From Anaerolineales bacterium (GTDB lineage: Bacteria > Chloroflexota > Anaerolineae > Anaerolineales > RBG-16-64-43), in assembly GCA_050010135.1 (NCBI GenBank), contig JBEKLP010000003.1, positions 6,536 through 70,535 of the forward strand: a DNA stretch of 64,000 nucleotides. Direction: 5' to 3'. Within the stretch, counting starts at the first letter, position 1; every line of letters begins with the position of its first letter. Positions 24,953-34,040 of this stretch are shown here, piece by piece. The notes beneath the pieces were generated by a model. The model had not been told where the DNA came from and made no database searches. It saw only the letters and a program-made list of their open reading frames with translations. Made by a program: the position numbers and the translations under genes.

Positions 24953-25816
24953 ATGGATCCATCCGCACCTTCGCCTCTTCTTCCGGAAGCCCGAATTCTG
25001 ATCGTCGATGACGATGCCAACGTCCTGCTTGCCTTGAGCCGCTCGCTCAAACTACGGGGCTACATTTACGTGGACGAGGCCCACAGCGGCGCAGAGGCGG
25101 TGGAAAAAATCACGCGCCTGCCTTACGACCTGATGATGCTGGACATCCGCATGCCGGATATGGACGGCATGGAGGTGCTGCAAAAAGCGCAGCAGATCCG
25201 GCCGAGCCTGCAGGTGATCATCCTGACCGGACACGCGGCGATGGAAAGCGCCTTGGCGTCGCTTAAATCCGGAATGGTGGTGGACTACCTGATGAAACCC
25301 GCGTCGCTCGACCAGGTGGAAACGGCCGTCCGCAAAGCCCTGCGCCGGCGCATGAGCGAACTGCAACAACAGCACTCGCTGGAGACGGCCATAGCGGCGC
25401 TGGAACAGTTGAAAACTGAAGCCCCCATTCCCCCCGGCGGAGGAGTCTCGCTCCCGCTCGAACGCTTCCTGCACGCCGGACCCGTGTCGCTGGATCGCGA
25501 CAACCGCCAAGCCACGCTGCAATGGGAAGGGAAAACACACACGGCGGTCCTTACGGCCAGCGAGGAGAATATCCTGGCACTGCTTATGTCCAACCCGGGT
25601 GACGTCTACTCCTCACGCCGCATCGCCCGCGATGGATTGAATTACGAATTGAACGAAAGCGAAGCCAAGAGCATCGTGCATCCGCATATCGTCCGTCTGC
25701 GGCGGAAAATCGAAAAAGATTCGAAGCACCCCGGATTGATCCGGACCGTTCGGGGCAAAGGCTATACGTTGAACTTGGAAGAACGGCCGGCACAACCTCC
25801 CCAGGAAAAAAAATAA
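24953..25816 (+). CDS. OmpR-family response regulator (receiver plus winged-helix) with long interdomain linker
   Basis: ILIVDDD...DLMMLDIRMPDMDG...KP receiver. C-terminal VRLRRKIE...LIRTVRGKGY. The ATG at 24953 is preferred because the track start overlaps the kinase. Confidence 0.85.
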   Translation: MDPSAPSPLLPEARILIVDDDANVLLALSRSLKLRGYIYVDEAHSGAEAVEKITRLPYDLMMLDIRMPDMDGMEVLQKAQQIRPSLQVIILTGHAAMESALASLKSGMVVDYLMKPASLDQVETAVRKALRRRMSELQQQHSLETAIAALEQLKTEAPIPPGGGVSLPLERFLHAGPVSLDRDNRQATLQWEGKTHTAVLTASEENILALLMSNPGDVYSSRRIARDGLNYELNESEAKSIVHPHIVRLRRKIEKDSKHPGLIRTVRGKGYTLNLEERPAQPPQEKK

Positions 25817-25904
25817 TGACCCGAACGAAACCCTCCGCCGTACATTCGCATTCTCCGATATTCCCGATCTCCATTTATTAGAGAAACCTTAAATTCGATT
25901 TTTC

Positions 25905-25933
25905 TTGACTCTCTCTCGAACCCATGGTATTAT
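25905..25933 (+). promoter_or_regulatory. sigma-70-type promoter of the hrcA operon (TTGACT-17-TATTAT)
   Basis: Hexamers at 25905-25910 and 25928-25933 with a 17-nt spacer. Confidence 0.6.
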
Positions 25934-25946
25934 CTTTTTCAATCAA

Positions 25947-25973
25947 TTAGCACTCTCTGCCCGAGAGTGCTAA
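25947..25973 (+). promoter_or_regulatory. CIRCE operator (TTAGCACTC-N9-GAGTGCTAA), perfect consensus
   Basis: Exact 9-bp inverted repeat with a 9-nt spacer, between the -10 box and the hrcA start. Confidence 0.9.
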
Positions 25974-25985
25974 AGGAGCAACAAA

Positions 25986-27017
25986 GTGCAGAAACTCACT
26001 GAAAGACAGGAGTTTCTACTTGGTTTAATTGTCCGGGAATATGTAGAGTCGGCCCAGCCCGTCGCCTCGAAAAACCTGGTGGACAAATTCCGGCTGGATT
26101 TCAGTTCGGCGACGACCCGCAACGATATGCTGACCCTCACCGAGGCGGGCTATCTGCGTCAGCCGCATACATCCGCCGGAAGAGTGCCTACAGAGGACGG
26201 ATACCGGTATTTTGTGCAGAGGCTGCTCGGAGAGACCGAACTTCCCGCGGCCGAAAAGCGCACCATCAGCCATCAATTCTTTCAGGCGCACGGGGATATG
26301 GATCAATGGATGCGATTGGCGGCTGCGATTCTCGCGCATCACTCCAGCGCGGCCTCGCTGGTGACAGCTCCCATGGCAGAAAAGGCGGTTTTCCGGCAGT
26401 TGCAGCTGATCTCTATTAAAGGACGCCAGGCGCTGCTGGTGCTGGTATTGCAAGACGGTAAGGTGCAACAGCAATTCATCTCACTGGACGAGCCGCTGGA
26501 TCAGGAGGAGTTGTCGCAAATCGCGAACCAGGTCAACCAGCAACTGGATGGAAAAGATACTGCGACGGCGGAAGGGTTGATGGACGCGATGTCGCCACCG
26601 ATGCGGGCGGTTACCTCCGCCGTGGCGGATTTGATGCACCGGGCCGATTTCGTCGCCACGGCTGAAATCGTCCACGACGGACTGATTAATATGCTCCAAG
26701 CGCCGGAATTTTCCAACCCGGATCTGGCCAGCCGGACCCTGCGCATGCTCGAGGAACAGAATCTGCTGGGGGAATTCCTCTCGCGGGCGCTCGGTTCCGA
26801 GGTGGGCGGCGTGCAGGTGGTCATCGGCGGGGAGGGCGATTGGGAGGATTTGCGCGATTGCTCGATCGTGATCGCCCGATACGGGGCGCCGGGGCTTGCC
26901 ACCGGAACGCTCGGCGTCATCGGTCCGATGCGGATGGCCTACGGCAAAACGATTTCCGCGGTCCGGTATGTATCGTCGGTGATGAGTGATCTGGTGTCGG
27001 AAACGCTGAGCGGTTGA
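25986..27017 (+). CDS. hrcA: heat-inducible transcription repressor HrcA
   Basis: N-terminal winged helix LTERQEFLLGLIVREYVESAQPVASKNL...SSATTRNDM..L...GYL.QPHTSAGRVPT. GTG start with AAGGAG RBS. Confidence 0.9.
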   Translation: MQKLTERQEFLLGLIVREYVESAQPVASKNLVDKFRLDFSSATTRNDMLTLTEAGYLRQPHTSAGRVPTEDGYRYFVQRLLGETELPAAEKRTISHQFFQAHGDMDQWMRLAAAILAHHSSAASLVTAPMAEKAVFRQLQLISIKGRQALLVLVLQDGKVQQQFISLDEPLDQEELSQIANQVNQQLDGKDTATAEGLMDAMSPPMRAVTSAVADLMHRADFVATAEIVHDGLINMLQAPEFSNPDLASRTLRMLEEQNLLGEFLSRALGSEVGGVQVVIGGEGDWEDLRDCSIVIARYGAPGLATGTLGVIGPMRMAYGKTISAVRYVSSVMSDLVSETLSG

Positions 27018-27066
27018 AAACTTTCTTCGGCGATCCATCGTCCGGAATAAGGATAAACTTTCGCGG

Positions 27067-27672
27067 TTGACTATGACGGATAAAAAGAAGTTATCGCACG
27101 AAAAACATTCGGCGGAAACAGAACCGACCCACTCGAAGCCTGCGCAGGAAGAGACCGACGAAACCGTACAGGCGCAGGATTCGGTACAGGCCGAGTTGGA
27201 AAAGGCCCGGGCGCAGGCCGAAGAGTATCTGGACGGCTGGAAGCGCACGCAGGCCGATTTTTCGAATTATCGCAAGCGGATCGAGCGCGACGAGGCCGAA
27301 GCGCGAATCCAGGCCGTCGGCCGGGCCGCCTCCCGCTGGTTCCCTATCCTGGATGATTTCGAGCGGGCTTTGAAAGAAAAGTCCGCCACGGAAAATTTGG
27401 AGCAATGGGCTGCGGGGGTGGAATTGATCTACCGCAAGGGGGTTGCGGCGCTGGAAGCGGAAGGAGTCACGTCTTTCGAGGCGGAAACGGGTTCAGAATT
27501 CGACCCGGGCTTGCACGAGGCCGTCACGATGGAGCCTTGTCCGGATAAAAAGGACGGGGAAATTCTGGGAACCATCCGGTACGGATACCGATTAGGCGAT
27601 CGGGTGCTCCGTCCGGCTCAGGTGCGGGTGGCCAGTCGGGCCGAAAACAACCCGCACCAGGAAAACGGATGA
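27067..27672 (+). CDS. grpE: nucleotide exchange factor GrpE
   Basis: [18 protein letters not shown]...[10 protein letters not shown]...FDP..HEA. The start could be TTG 27067 or ATG 27073. Confidence 0.9.
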   Translation: MTMTDKKKLSHEKHSAETEPTHSKPAQEETDETVQAQDSVQAELEKARAQAEEYLDGWKRTQADFSNYRKRIERDEAEARIQAVGRAASRWFPILDDFERALKEKSATENLEQWAAGVELIYRKGVAALEAEGVTSFEAETGSEFDPGLHEAVTMEPCPDKKDGEILGTIRYGYRLGDRVLRPAQVRVASRAENNPHQENG

Positions 27673-27694
27673 AATTTTAGAAGGAGAGAATACG

Positions 27695-29617
27695 ATGGGC
27701 AAAATTATTGGCATCGATCTGGGCACCACCAATTCAGTCGTCGCCGTGATGGAAGGCGGCGACCCGAAGGTCATCCCCTCCGCGGAGGGATCCCCGCTCG
27801 TGCCTTCGGTGGTGGCGGTCAATCCGAAAACCGGGGAGCGTTTGGTGGGCCAGCTGGCTCGGCGCCAGGCGGTGGTGAATTCGGAGAATACGATCTTTTC
27901 CATCAAGCGGTTCATGGGCCGCAAATTCAGCGACCCCGAAGTGCAGCGCGCCATCACGCTCGTGCCCTTCAAGGTGAGCGCGGCATCCAACGGCGACATC
28001 CGCGTGCACATGGGCGGTAAGGAATATTCGCCGCCGGAAATTTCCGCCATGATTCTCGCCAAGCTGAAAACCGACGCCGAGGCGTATCTAGGACAGTCGA
28101 TCACCCAGGCGGTGATCACGGTTCCGGCGTACTTTAACGATTCGCAGCGCCAGGCTACCAAGGACTCGGGTCAGATCGCCGGCCTGGACGTAATGCGGAT
28201 CATCAACGAACCCACCGCCTCCTCGCTGTCGTACGGACTCGATAAGAAAAAGGACGAGACCATCGCCGTATACGACCTGGGCGGAGGAACGTTCGATATC
28301 TCCATCCTCGACGTGGGCGATGGGGTCTTCGAAGTGAAGTCCACCAACGGCGACACTTTCCTGGGCGGCGACGATTTCGACCAGCGGGTGATCACCTGGA
28401 TCGCTGACGAGTTCCTCAAGCAGGAGGGGATCGACCTGCGCAAGGACCGCCAGGCGCTGCAGCGGCTGAAAGAGGCCGCCGAAAAAGCCAAGATCGAACT
28501 TTCGACGGTGCTGCAGAGTGAGATCAACCTGCCGTTCATCACCGCCGACGCCAACGGCCCCAAGCATCTGACCATGACCCTGACGCGCGCAAAGCTTGAG
28601 CAGCTGACCAGCGACCTGATCGACCGATCGGTTCGACCGGTGACCCAGGCGCTCGAGGACGCGCGCCTCAAACCCGCGGATATCAACGAAGTGGTCCTGG
28701 TGGGCGGTATGACTCGCATGCCGGCCGTCCAGGAAGCGGTGAAGAAAATCTTCGGCAAGGATCCGCACAAGGGAGTGAACCCCGACGAAGTGGTGGCGAC
28801 CGGCGCGGCGATCCAAGCCGGCGTACTGGGCGGCGAGGTGAAGGACATTCTGCTCCTGGATGTTACTCCGCTCACCCTCAGCGTGGAAACGCTCGGCGGA
28901 GTGGCCACCCCGCTGATCGAACGCAACACCACAATCCCAGCGCGGAAAAGCCAGATCTTTTCCACCGCGTCGGACATGCAGACCAGCGTGGAAATTCACG
29001 TGGTGCAGGGGGAACGCCCGATGGCGGGAGACAACAAGTCGCTCGGGAAATTCATCCTCGACGGAATCCCGCCCTCGCCGCGGGGAATCCCGCAGGTCGA
29101 AGTCACCTTTGACATCGACGCCGACGGCATCCTCAAGGTGACGGCACAGGACAAGGCCACCAGCCGCTCGCAGCACATCACCATCCAGCCGTCCTCCGGA
29201 CTGGCCAAGGATGAGGTGGAACGGATGACGCGTGAGGCCGATACCCACCGCGACGAGGACCGTAAACGCAAGGAGGAAATCGAAATTCGGAACGCCGCCG
29301 ACAGCGCGATCTACAGCGCGGAAAAAACCTTGCGTGAGTTGGGCGATAAAATCCCGGCGAACGTGCGCGATGACGTGAACGCAAAAGTGACCGCCCTGCG
29401 CAGCGCGTTGCAGGGCAAGGATCTTCCGGCCATCCAGCGGGCGTCCGACGAACTGGCCCGCGCCCTGCAGGCAATCGGCTCCTCGATGTATGGCAGCGGG
29501 GGCGAACCCCAGCAGACTCCCGGCGGCACCCCCGGCGGGACACCCGGTGGAGGACAGGGTCCGGAGCCGGGCGGTGGAAGCGGGGACGTGGTCGAGGGCG
29601 AATTCAAACAAATGTGA
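27695..29617 (+). CDS. dnaK: molecular chaperone DnaK (Hsp70)
   Basis: [27 protein letters not shown] signatures across the full length. GAAGGAG RBS. Confidence 0.97.
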   Translation: MGKIIGIDLGTTNSVVAVMEGGDPKVIPSAEGSPLVPSVVAVNPKTGERLVGQLARRQAVVNSENTIFSIKRFMGRKFSDPEVQRAITLVPFKVSAASNGDIRVHMGGKEYSPPEISAMILAKLKTDAEAYLGQSITQAVITVPAYFNDSQRQATKDSGQIAGLDVMRIINEPTASSLSYGLDKKKDETIAVYDLGGGTFDISILDVGDGVFEVKSTNGDTFLGGDDFDQRVITWIADEFLKQEGIDLRKDRQALQRLKEAAEKAKIELSTVLQSEINLPFITADANGPKHLTMTLTRAKLEQLTSDLIDRSVRPVTQALEDARLKPADINEVVLVGGMTRMPAVQEAVKKIFGKDPHKGVNPDEVVATGAAIQAGVLGGEVKDILLLDVTPLTLSVETLGGVATPLIERNTTIPARKSQIFSTASDMQTSVEIHVVQGERPMAGDNKSLGKFILDGIPPSPRGIPQVEVTFDIDADGILKVTAQDKATSRSQHITIQPSSGLAKDEVERMTREADTHRDEDRKRKEEIEIRNAADSAIYSAEKTLRELGDKIPANVRDDVNAKVTALRSALQGKDLPAIQRASDELARALQAIGSSMYGSGGEPQQTPGGTPGGTPGGGQGPEPGGGSGDVVEGEFKQM

Positions 29618-29642
29618 TTTAGGGCTTAAGCGACAATTTTTC

Positions 29643-29672
29643 TCCCTGCCCGGAAAAGATCCCGGGCAGGGA
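29643..29672 (+). other. intercistronic stem-loop between dnaK and dnaJ
   Basis: 11-bp perfect stem TCCCTGCCCGG / CCGGGCAGGGA with an 8-nt loop, followed by ATTTGGTT (weak U tract). Confidence 0.6.
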
Positions 29673-29685
29673 ATTTGGTTAATAA

Positions 29686-30804
29686 ATGCCAACCACTCGC
29701 GATTACTATGAAATCCTCGGGGTTCCGCGCAACGTCGATTCCGAGTCCATCCGCAACGCCTACCGTGCTCTGGCCAAGCGCTATCATCCGGATGTGAATA
29801 AGGAACCGGGAGCCGAGGAGCGTTTCAAGGAAGTCAACGAAGCCTACGGGGTGCTCTCGGACGAACAGCGCCGCTCGGCGTACGACCGCTTCGGCCACGC
29901 CGGGCTCAGCGGCATGCCCTTTGGGGCGGGCGCCGGATTTGAGGATTTGGGCGACCTGTTCGACGAGTTCTTCCGCGGGTTCGGGATGAGCACCGGCCGC
30001 TCCCACCGTTCGCCGCGCAAGGGGGCCGATTTGCAAACCGTCGTTCCCCTGACCTTCGAAGAATCCATCAGCGGCGTGGAAAAAGAGGTGGAAGTGACCC
30101 GCATGGAAGTCTGTTCCGTGTGCCGCGGGTCGCGGGCGGAGCCGGGGACGACCCCGGTGCGCTGTCCGGTCTGCCAGGGAACGGGAGAGGAGCGCCGGAT
30201 GCGCCAGACGTTCCTCGGATCGATGGTCAATGTGGCCGTTTGTTCGAGATGCGGCGGGCTGGGGGAGATCGTCTCCTCTCCGTGCAAAAACTGCCGCGGC
30301 AAGGGTGTGGAACGAAAAACACGCAAGCTCAAGGTGCCCATTCCCCCGGGCGTGGACGACGGGACGCAAATCCGTCTTTCCGGAGAAGGCGAACCGGGAA
30401 CGTTCGGCGGTCCGGCGGGGAATTTGTTCATCCTCGTGCAGGTGAAACCCCACGAATTCTTCCTGCGCCGAAACAGCGACCTGTGGTTGCAACTGGGGAT
30501 TAATTTTACGCAGGCCGCGATGGGTGCAGACGTGAGCGTAGAAACCGCGAGCGGCGAAACGACGCTTCATATTCCCGCCGGCACCCAGCCGGGACAGGTC
30601 TTTCGCCTCCGTGGCAAGGGGGTCCCGCACCTGCAGCAGGGCGGGCGCGGCGATCTGTTCGTCGTCGTGAATATTCTCGTCCCCGCAACCTTGACCGCGG
30701 AGCAAAAGAAACAGCTCATGCAGCTCGGAATCGCGCACGATTCCCCCCCAAAACCCCAAAAGCACACCCTATTGGATTCCCTGAAGGATATTCTTCGTGA
30801 GTGA
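29686..30804 (+). CDS. dnaJ: co-chaperone DnaJ
   Basis: J-domain DYYEILGV...HPD. G/F region. Four CxxCxGxG zinc-finger repeats (CSVCRGSR, CPVCQGTG, CSRCGGLG, CKNCRGKG). Confidence 0.95.
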   Translation: MPTTRDYYEILGVPRNVDSESIRNAYRALAKRYHPDVNKEPGAEERFKEVNEAYGVLSDEQRRSAYDRFGHAGLSGMPFGAGAGFEDLGDLFDEFFRGFGMSTGRSHRSPRKGADLQTVVPLTFEESISGVEKEVEVTRMEVCSVCRGSRAEPGTTPVRCPVCQGTGEERRMRQTFLGSMVNVAVCSRCGGLGEIVSSPCKNCRGKGVERKTRKLKVPIPPGVDDGTQIRLSGEGEPGTFGGPAGNLFILVQVKPHEFFLRRNSDLWLQLGINFTQAAMGADVSVETASGETTLHIPAGTQPGQVFRLRGKGVPHLQQGGRGDLFVVVNILVPATLTAEQKKQLMQLGIAHDSPPKPQKHTLLDSLKDILRE

Positions 30805-31729
30805 GGAGCACGCTCCTCCGGCCTGGTGGGAAGTCTCGCTGAAGGTGAATGAGGAATTGGCTGAATCGGTCGCGGACGTGATGGCCCGATTCGCCTCCGG
30901 CGGCGTCGCGCTCGGATACGACTCGATCGAGCCCGATCCGGACGGCGAAGGGAAGCCCACGGGAGCGCTGACGGTGCGCGCATATCTCCCGGCTGACGCG
31001 GAGTTGGAATCCAACCGCTCCCGCCTGGAAGAAGCGCTCTGGCATCTGGGGCGGATTTCACCCCTGCCCGAGCCCGAGTGGCGCACGGTGGTTGAAAAAG
31101 ATTGGTCGCTGGAGTGGAAGAAACACTACCGGCCGATGCGCATCGGCCGCCGTCTGCAAATCGTCCCGTCATGGATGGACCCCGCGCCGTATGCGCGCAA
31201 TCTGGTCCTGCGCCTCGATCCCGGCATGGCGTTCGGCACCGGCACGCACCCGACCACCCAGCTTTGCCTGGAGACGCTCGAAGACCGGATCTATCCCGGG
31301 ATGAATGTCATCGATTTGGGTTGCGGATCCGGAATTCTGGCGATCACCGCTGTCAAACTGGGCGCCGGAAAGGTGCTCGGGTTGGACGTCGACCCGCAAG
31401 CGATCCGCGTGGCGCGTGAGAACATCCTGCTCAACGGTGTGGAATCGTCCATCGAAATCCGGTCCGGTTCGCTGCAGGAGCTTTTAATGGAAGGGCGATC
31501 CGCCCCGTTGGTCGTGGCGAACATCCTGGCGGCGGTTTTACAGGAGATGCTCGCGGCCGGGTTGGCCCGGACCGTCGCGCCGGGCGGGTGCCTGGTATTA
31601 TCCGGAATTCTGGAGGATCAATCGGGAGCGGTGGAGGAAGCAATCCGCGAACAGGGCATGCGCCTGAAGGAAAAACGGATCCGCCAGGATTGGGTTGCGC
31701 TCGTGGCGGAGAAACAGGCAGACAAATAA
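30797..31729 (+). CDS. prmA: ribosomal protein L11 methyltransferase PrmA
   Basis: GMAFGTGTHPTT and SAM-binding VIDLGCGSGILAI. GTG start overlaps the dnaJ end by 8 nt. Confidence 0.9.
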   Translation: MSEEHAPPAWWEVSLKVNEELAESVADVMARFASGGVALGYDSIEPDPDGEGKPTGALTVRAYLPADAELESNRSRLEEALWHLGRISPLPEPEWRTVVEKDWSLEWKKHYRPMRIGRRLQIVPSWMDPAPYARNLVLRLDPGMAFGTGTHPTTQLCLETLEDRIYPGMNVIDLGCGSGILAITAVKLGAGKVLGLDVDPQAIRVARENILLNGVESSIEIRSGSLQELLMEGRSAPLVVANILAAVLQEMLAAGLARTVAPGGCLVLSGILEDQSGAVEEAIREQGMRLKEKRIRQDWVALVAEKQADK

Positions 31730-31733
31730 AAAA

Positions 31734-31756
31734 CCGGAGCGTTGGCTCCGGTTTTT
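31734..31756. terminator. bidirectional rho-independent terminator (prmA and infA converge)
   Basis: CCGGAGC-GTTG-GCTCCGG hairpin flanked by an A-run upstream and T5 downstream. Confidence 0.8.
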
Positions 31757-31758
31757 CG

Positions 31759-32022
31759 TTATGGTTGAGGCGTTTCTTCGGGTGGTTCCCCTTCCCCGCT
31801 GGATTTTTTGAAGCGGTAGGTTATCCGGCCGCGGGAAAGATCATACGGTGAAAGTTCCACCTTCACCCGGTCTCCCAAAAGAATCCGGATGTAATTCTTT
31901 CGCATTTTCCCCGAGAGGTAGGCAAGCACCGTATGGCCGCTGCTAAGCGACACCCGGAACATCGTCCCGGGCAGCGCTTCCACAATCAGGCCTTCCATTT
32001 CTATTTTTTCTTCCTTTGCCAT
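31759..32022 (-). CDS. infA: translation initiation factor IF-1 with short acidic/proline C-terminal extension
   Basis: [24 protein letters not shown]....[40 protein letters not shown]. Start taken at the MAKEE methionine (32022). Confidence 0.9.
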   Translation of the reverse strand: MAKEEKIEMEGLIVEALPGTMFRVSLSSGHTVLAYLSGKMRKNYIRILLGDRVKVELSPYDLSRGRITYRFKKSSGEGEPPEETPQP

Positions 32023-32075
32023 GCCATCTCCCGATTCCGTTATATGACCAAGCATCGATCCCGGGAAAAAGAAAA

Positions 32076-32279
32076 CTAATCGCCGTCATCACTCTTGCGT
32101 TCCCGGCGTTTAAGCCTGCGAATGGATTTCTTTTTCTGAATGCGGCGCAATTCGCTCTTGGAGACAAACCATCGTTTTCTTCGGACCGTGCTGAGGATGC
32201 CCGAACGGGTGACTTTCTTTCGGAATCGTTTGAGCAGACTGTCCTGACTCTCGTTCGGACGGAGTATCACAGTAGCCAT
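32076..32279 (-). CDS. rpsU: 30S ribosomal protein S21
   Basis: [20 protein letters not shown]...[14 protein letters not shown]. Strong AAGGAGGTG RBS. Confidence 0.9.
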   Translation of the reverse strand: MATVILRPNESQDSLLKRFRKKVTRSGILSTVRRKRWFVSKSELRRIQKKKSIRRLKRRERKSDDGD

Positions 32280-32522
32280 GGTATTTCACCTCCTTTCCGC
32301 GACAGGGGAAGGATGGCCGGTAGAGAAATAAAGGCTCGACGCGTCTTACGCCGTCGCCGAGTCAGGGAGGGAGAGAGAAAACCGGGGGATGGAGAGGTTC
32401 GGCGTTGAGATTTCTCCTCCGGAAGATGCCCTATCCTACAGCCCGTCCAGCCATTGCCCTGCTTTTGGGCTTCGGGTCCGAATGCGATCGATTCGTCCCA
32501 TTCGGCGGTTCAACCCGAAAAC
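32280..32522 (-). promoter_or_regulatory. long structured 5' leader of rpsU (candidate cis-regulatory RNA or sRNA)
   Basis: No credible ORF. A 5'-proximal nested hairpin at 32471-32519. A terminator-like hairpin at 32335-32361 plus a U-rich tract. A CU-rich tract (plus-strand AGGGAGGGAGAGAG, 32364-32377) complementary to the GGAGG SD. Confidence 0.4.
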
Positions 32523-32529
32523 CGGGCGC

Positions 32530-32558
32530 ATTATAAAGCCCATCCGCAGGCTTGTCAA
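32530..32558 (-). promoter_or_regulatory. consensus sigma-70 promoter (TTGACA-17-TATAAT) on the minus strand
   Basis: Minus-strand TTGACA at 32553-32558 and TATAAT at 32530-32535. Spacer is exactly 17 nt. Confidence 0.65.
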
Positions 32559-32630
32559 TTTTATCAACTTGGAACGCGCCCGGAGGAAGCGGGGCGCGGG
32601 ATTTGCCGCAGCCGGAGGAGCCGTTTTTTC

Positions 32631-32954
32631 TCACTCTTCCGGTTCGTTTTCCTTAATGTACTTCCTGATTTTTTCCTCGACGATATGAGCGTCAAGATCC
32701 ATCACCGATATGATTTTATCCTTGCCCTTTTCGCCCCCGATGATCTCCAACGTGTTGGCCCGGACGCCTAGGATGCGTGCCAGCAGTTCCAAGAGGGCTT
32801 TGTTGGCAGCACCTTCCACCGGCGGAGCGGTCAGACGGACCCGCAATGTGCCGTCCGGGGAAATTCCGGTGAGTTCGTCCTTGCGCGAACGGGGCGTCAC
32901 GTGCACCGCCATGGCGGCGCCGATCCGGCCGTCGTGAAAACGGAACCGACGCAT
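32631..32954 (-). CDS. yggU: DUF167 (YggU) family protein
   Basis: V.PRSRKDEL.G.....L.VRLTAPPVEGAANKALLELLA pattern. GGAGG RBS. Confidence 0.85.
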   Translation of the reverse strand: MRRFRFHDGRIGAAMAVHVTPRSRKDELTGISPDGTLRVRLTAPPVEGAANKALLELLARILGVRANTLEIIGGEKGKDKIISVMDLDAHIVEEKIRKYIKENEPEE

Positions 32955-32965
32955 GCTATCCTCCT

Positions 32966-33208
32966 CTAGCGCAGCACTCCCGTCAGGATATTTGCGAGAA
33001 CCTGGACCAGAATAAGAAAAATGAGGGCGCTGAAATCGAACATTCCGACGGGAGGGATCAATCGACGGATGGGAGCCAGCATCGGTTCCACAATCGAGGA
33101 AATCGCCATCCGGAATTCGTTATACGGCGGAAAAACCCAGGTGGATAGAATATAACCGATGATCAGAAGCGTCAACAACAGAGCCAGCAGGTTGATGAAA
33201 TTTGCCAT
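32966..33208 (-). CDS. yggT: YggT family membrane protein
   Basis: 80-aa two-TM protein with the VEPMLAPIRRLIPPVGMFDFS motif. Confidence 0.85.
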   Translation of the reverse strand: MANFINLLALLLTLLIIGYILSTWVFPPYNEFRMAISSIVEPMLAPIRRLIPPVGMFDFSALIFLILVQVLANILTGVLR

Positions 33209-33280
33209 GGATCGCTCCGGAAGAATTATATCATCGGGCCGTTTGCATTTCCCGCGCGGAGCCGCCCGTTCCAGCGCATT

Positions 33281-34024
33281 TCACGGCCTTGCCCCGAACA
33301 ACGCCCGTCCGATCCGCACCATCGTGGCGCCTTCCTCCACCGCCTGCTCGAAATCGTCCGACATACCCATCGAGAGCTCGCTCCAATCCGAGCCCGGCAC
33401 ATTCTCCCGGGCCGCGGCTTGCATTTGTTTTAAGCTCCGGAAGATGGGACGCGACGTCTCCGGATCTTCCGAATATGGCGCCATCGTCATCAATCCGGCG
33501 AGGGAGAGACCGGGCAGCGGGAAAATCTCCCGCCACACCGGCCAAAGAGATTCCCAGGCGGATGGATCGGAAGCCGACCACCCGTATTTGGTCGCTTCCC
33601 CCGAAAGGTTGCACTCCAGAAGAATCCGGATGGTTCTGCCATCTTCCGCGGCGAAGCGGGAAAGCCTTCGTGCGAGGGCCATGCTGTCGACGGAATGCAC
33701 GCAGGGAAAATTTTCCGTCACGCTTTTGGCCTTGCGGCCCTGCACATGGCCGATCATATGCCAGGTAACGGCAGGAGGGAGAAGATGGATTTTCGGAAGG
33801 GCTTCCTCGAGATAATTCTCCCCGAACTCGCACAGTCCTTCGGAAAATGCTTTTTGGATCGCGGTAACCGGTTGTCCCTTCGACACCGCGATCAGTTGAA
33901 TTTCGGAGGGATTTCGATGAACACGCTCTGCGGCGGCCCGGATCCGTGCGCGGACCGAATGGATTCTCTCCGGCAAAGCCGACAGATCAAGCGGAGTTCC
34001 CGGGTTGGATTGACGGTTGTTCAT
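33281..34024 (-). CDS. yggS: YggS-family pyridoxal-phosphate homeostasis protein
   Basis: LIAVSKGQP, FGENYLEE, WHMIGHVQ, LSMGMSDDFE.AVEEGATMVRIG.ALFG. Confidence 0.9.
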   Translation of the reverse strand: MNNRQSNPGTPLDLSALPERIHSVRARIRAAAERVHRNPSEIQLIAVSKGQPVTAIQKAFSEGLCEFGENYLEEALPKIHLLPPAVTWHMIGHVQGRKAKSVTENFPCVHSVDSMALARRLSRFAAEDGRTIRILLECNLSGEATKYGWSASDPSAWESLWPVWREIFPLPGLSLAGLMTMAPYSEDPETSRPIFRSLKQMQAAARENVPGSDWSELSMGMSDDFEQAVEEGATMVRIGRALFGARP

Positions 34025-34040
34025 GGAAAAGTCCAGGACC

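Noticed and set aside
32400-32470. Partial resemblance of CAGGGCAA in the rpsU leader to the c-di-GMP-I (GEMM) riboswitch core.
   Set aside because: Only a short match. The second conserved half (ACGCAAAGCC-type) and the tetraloop-receptor arrangement are absent.
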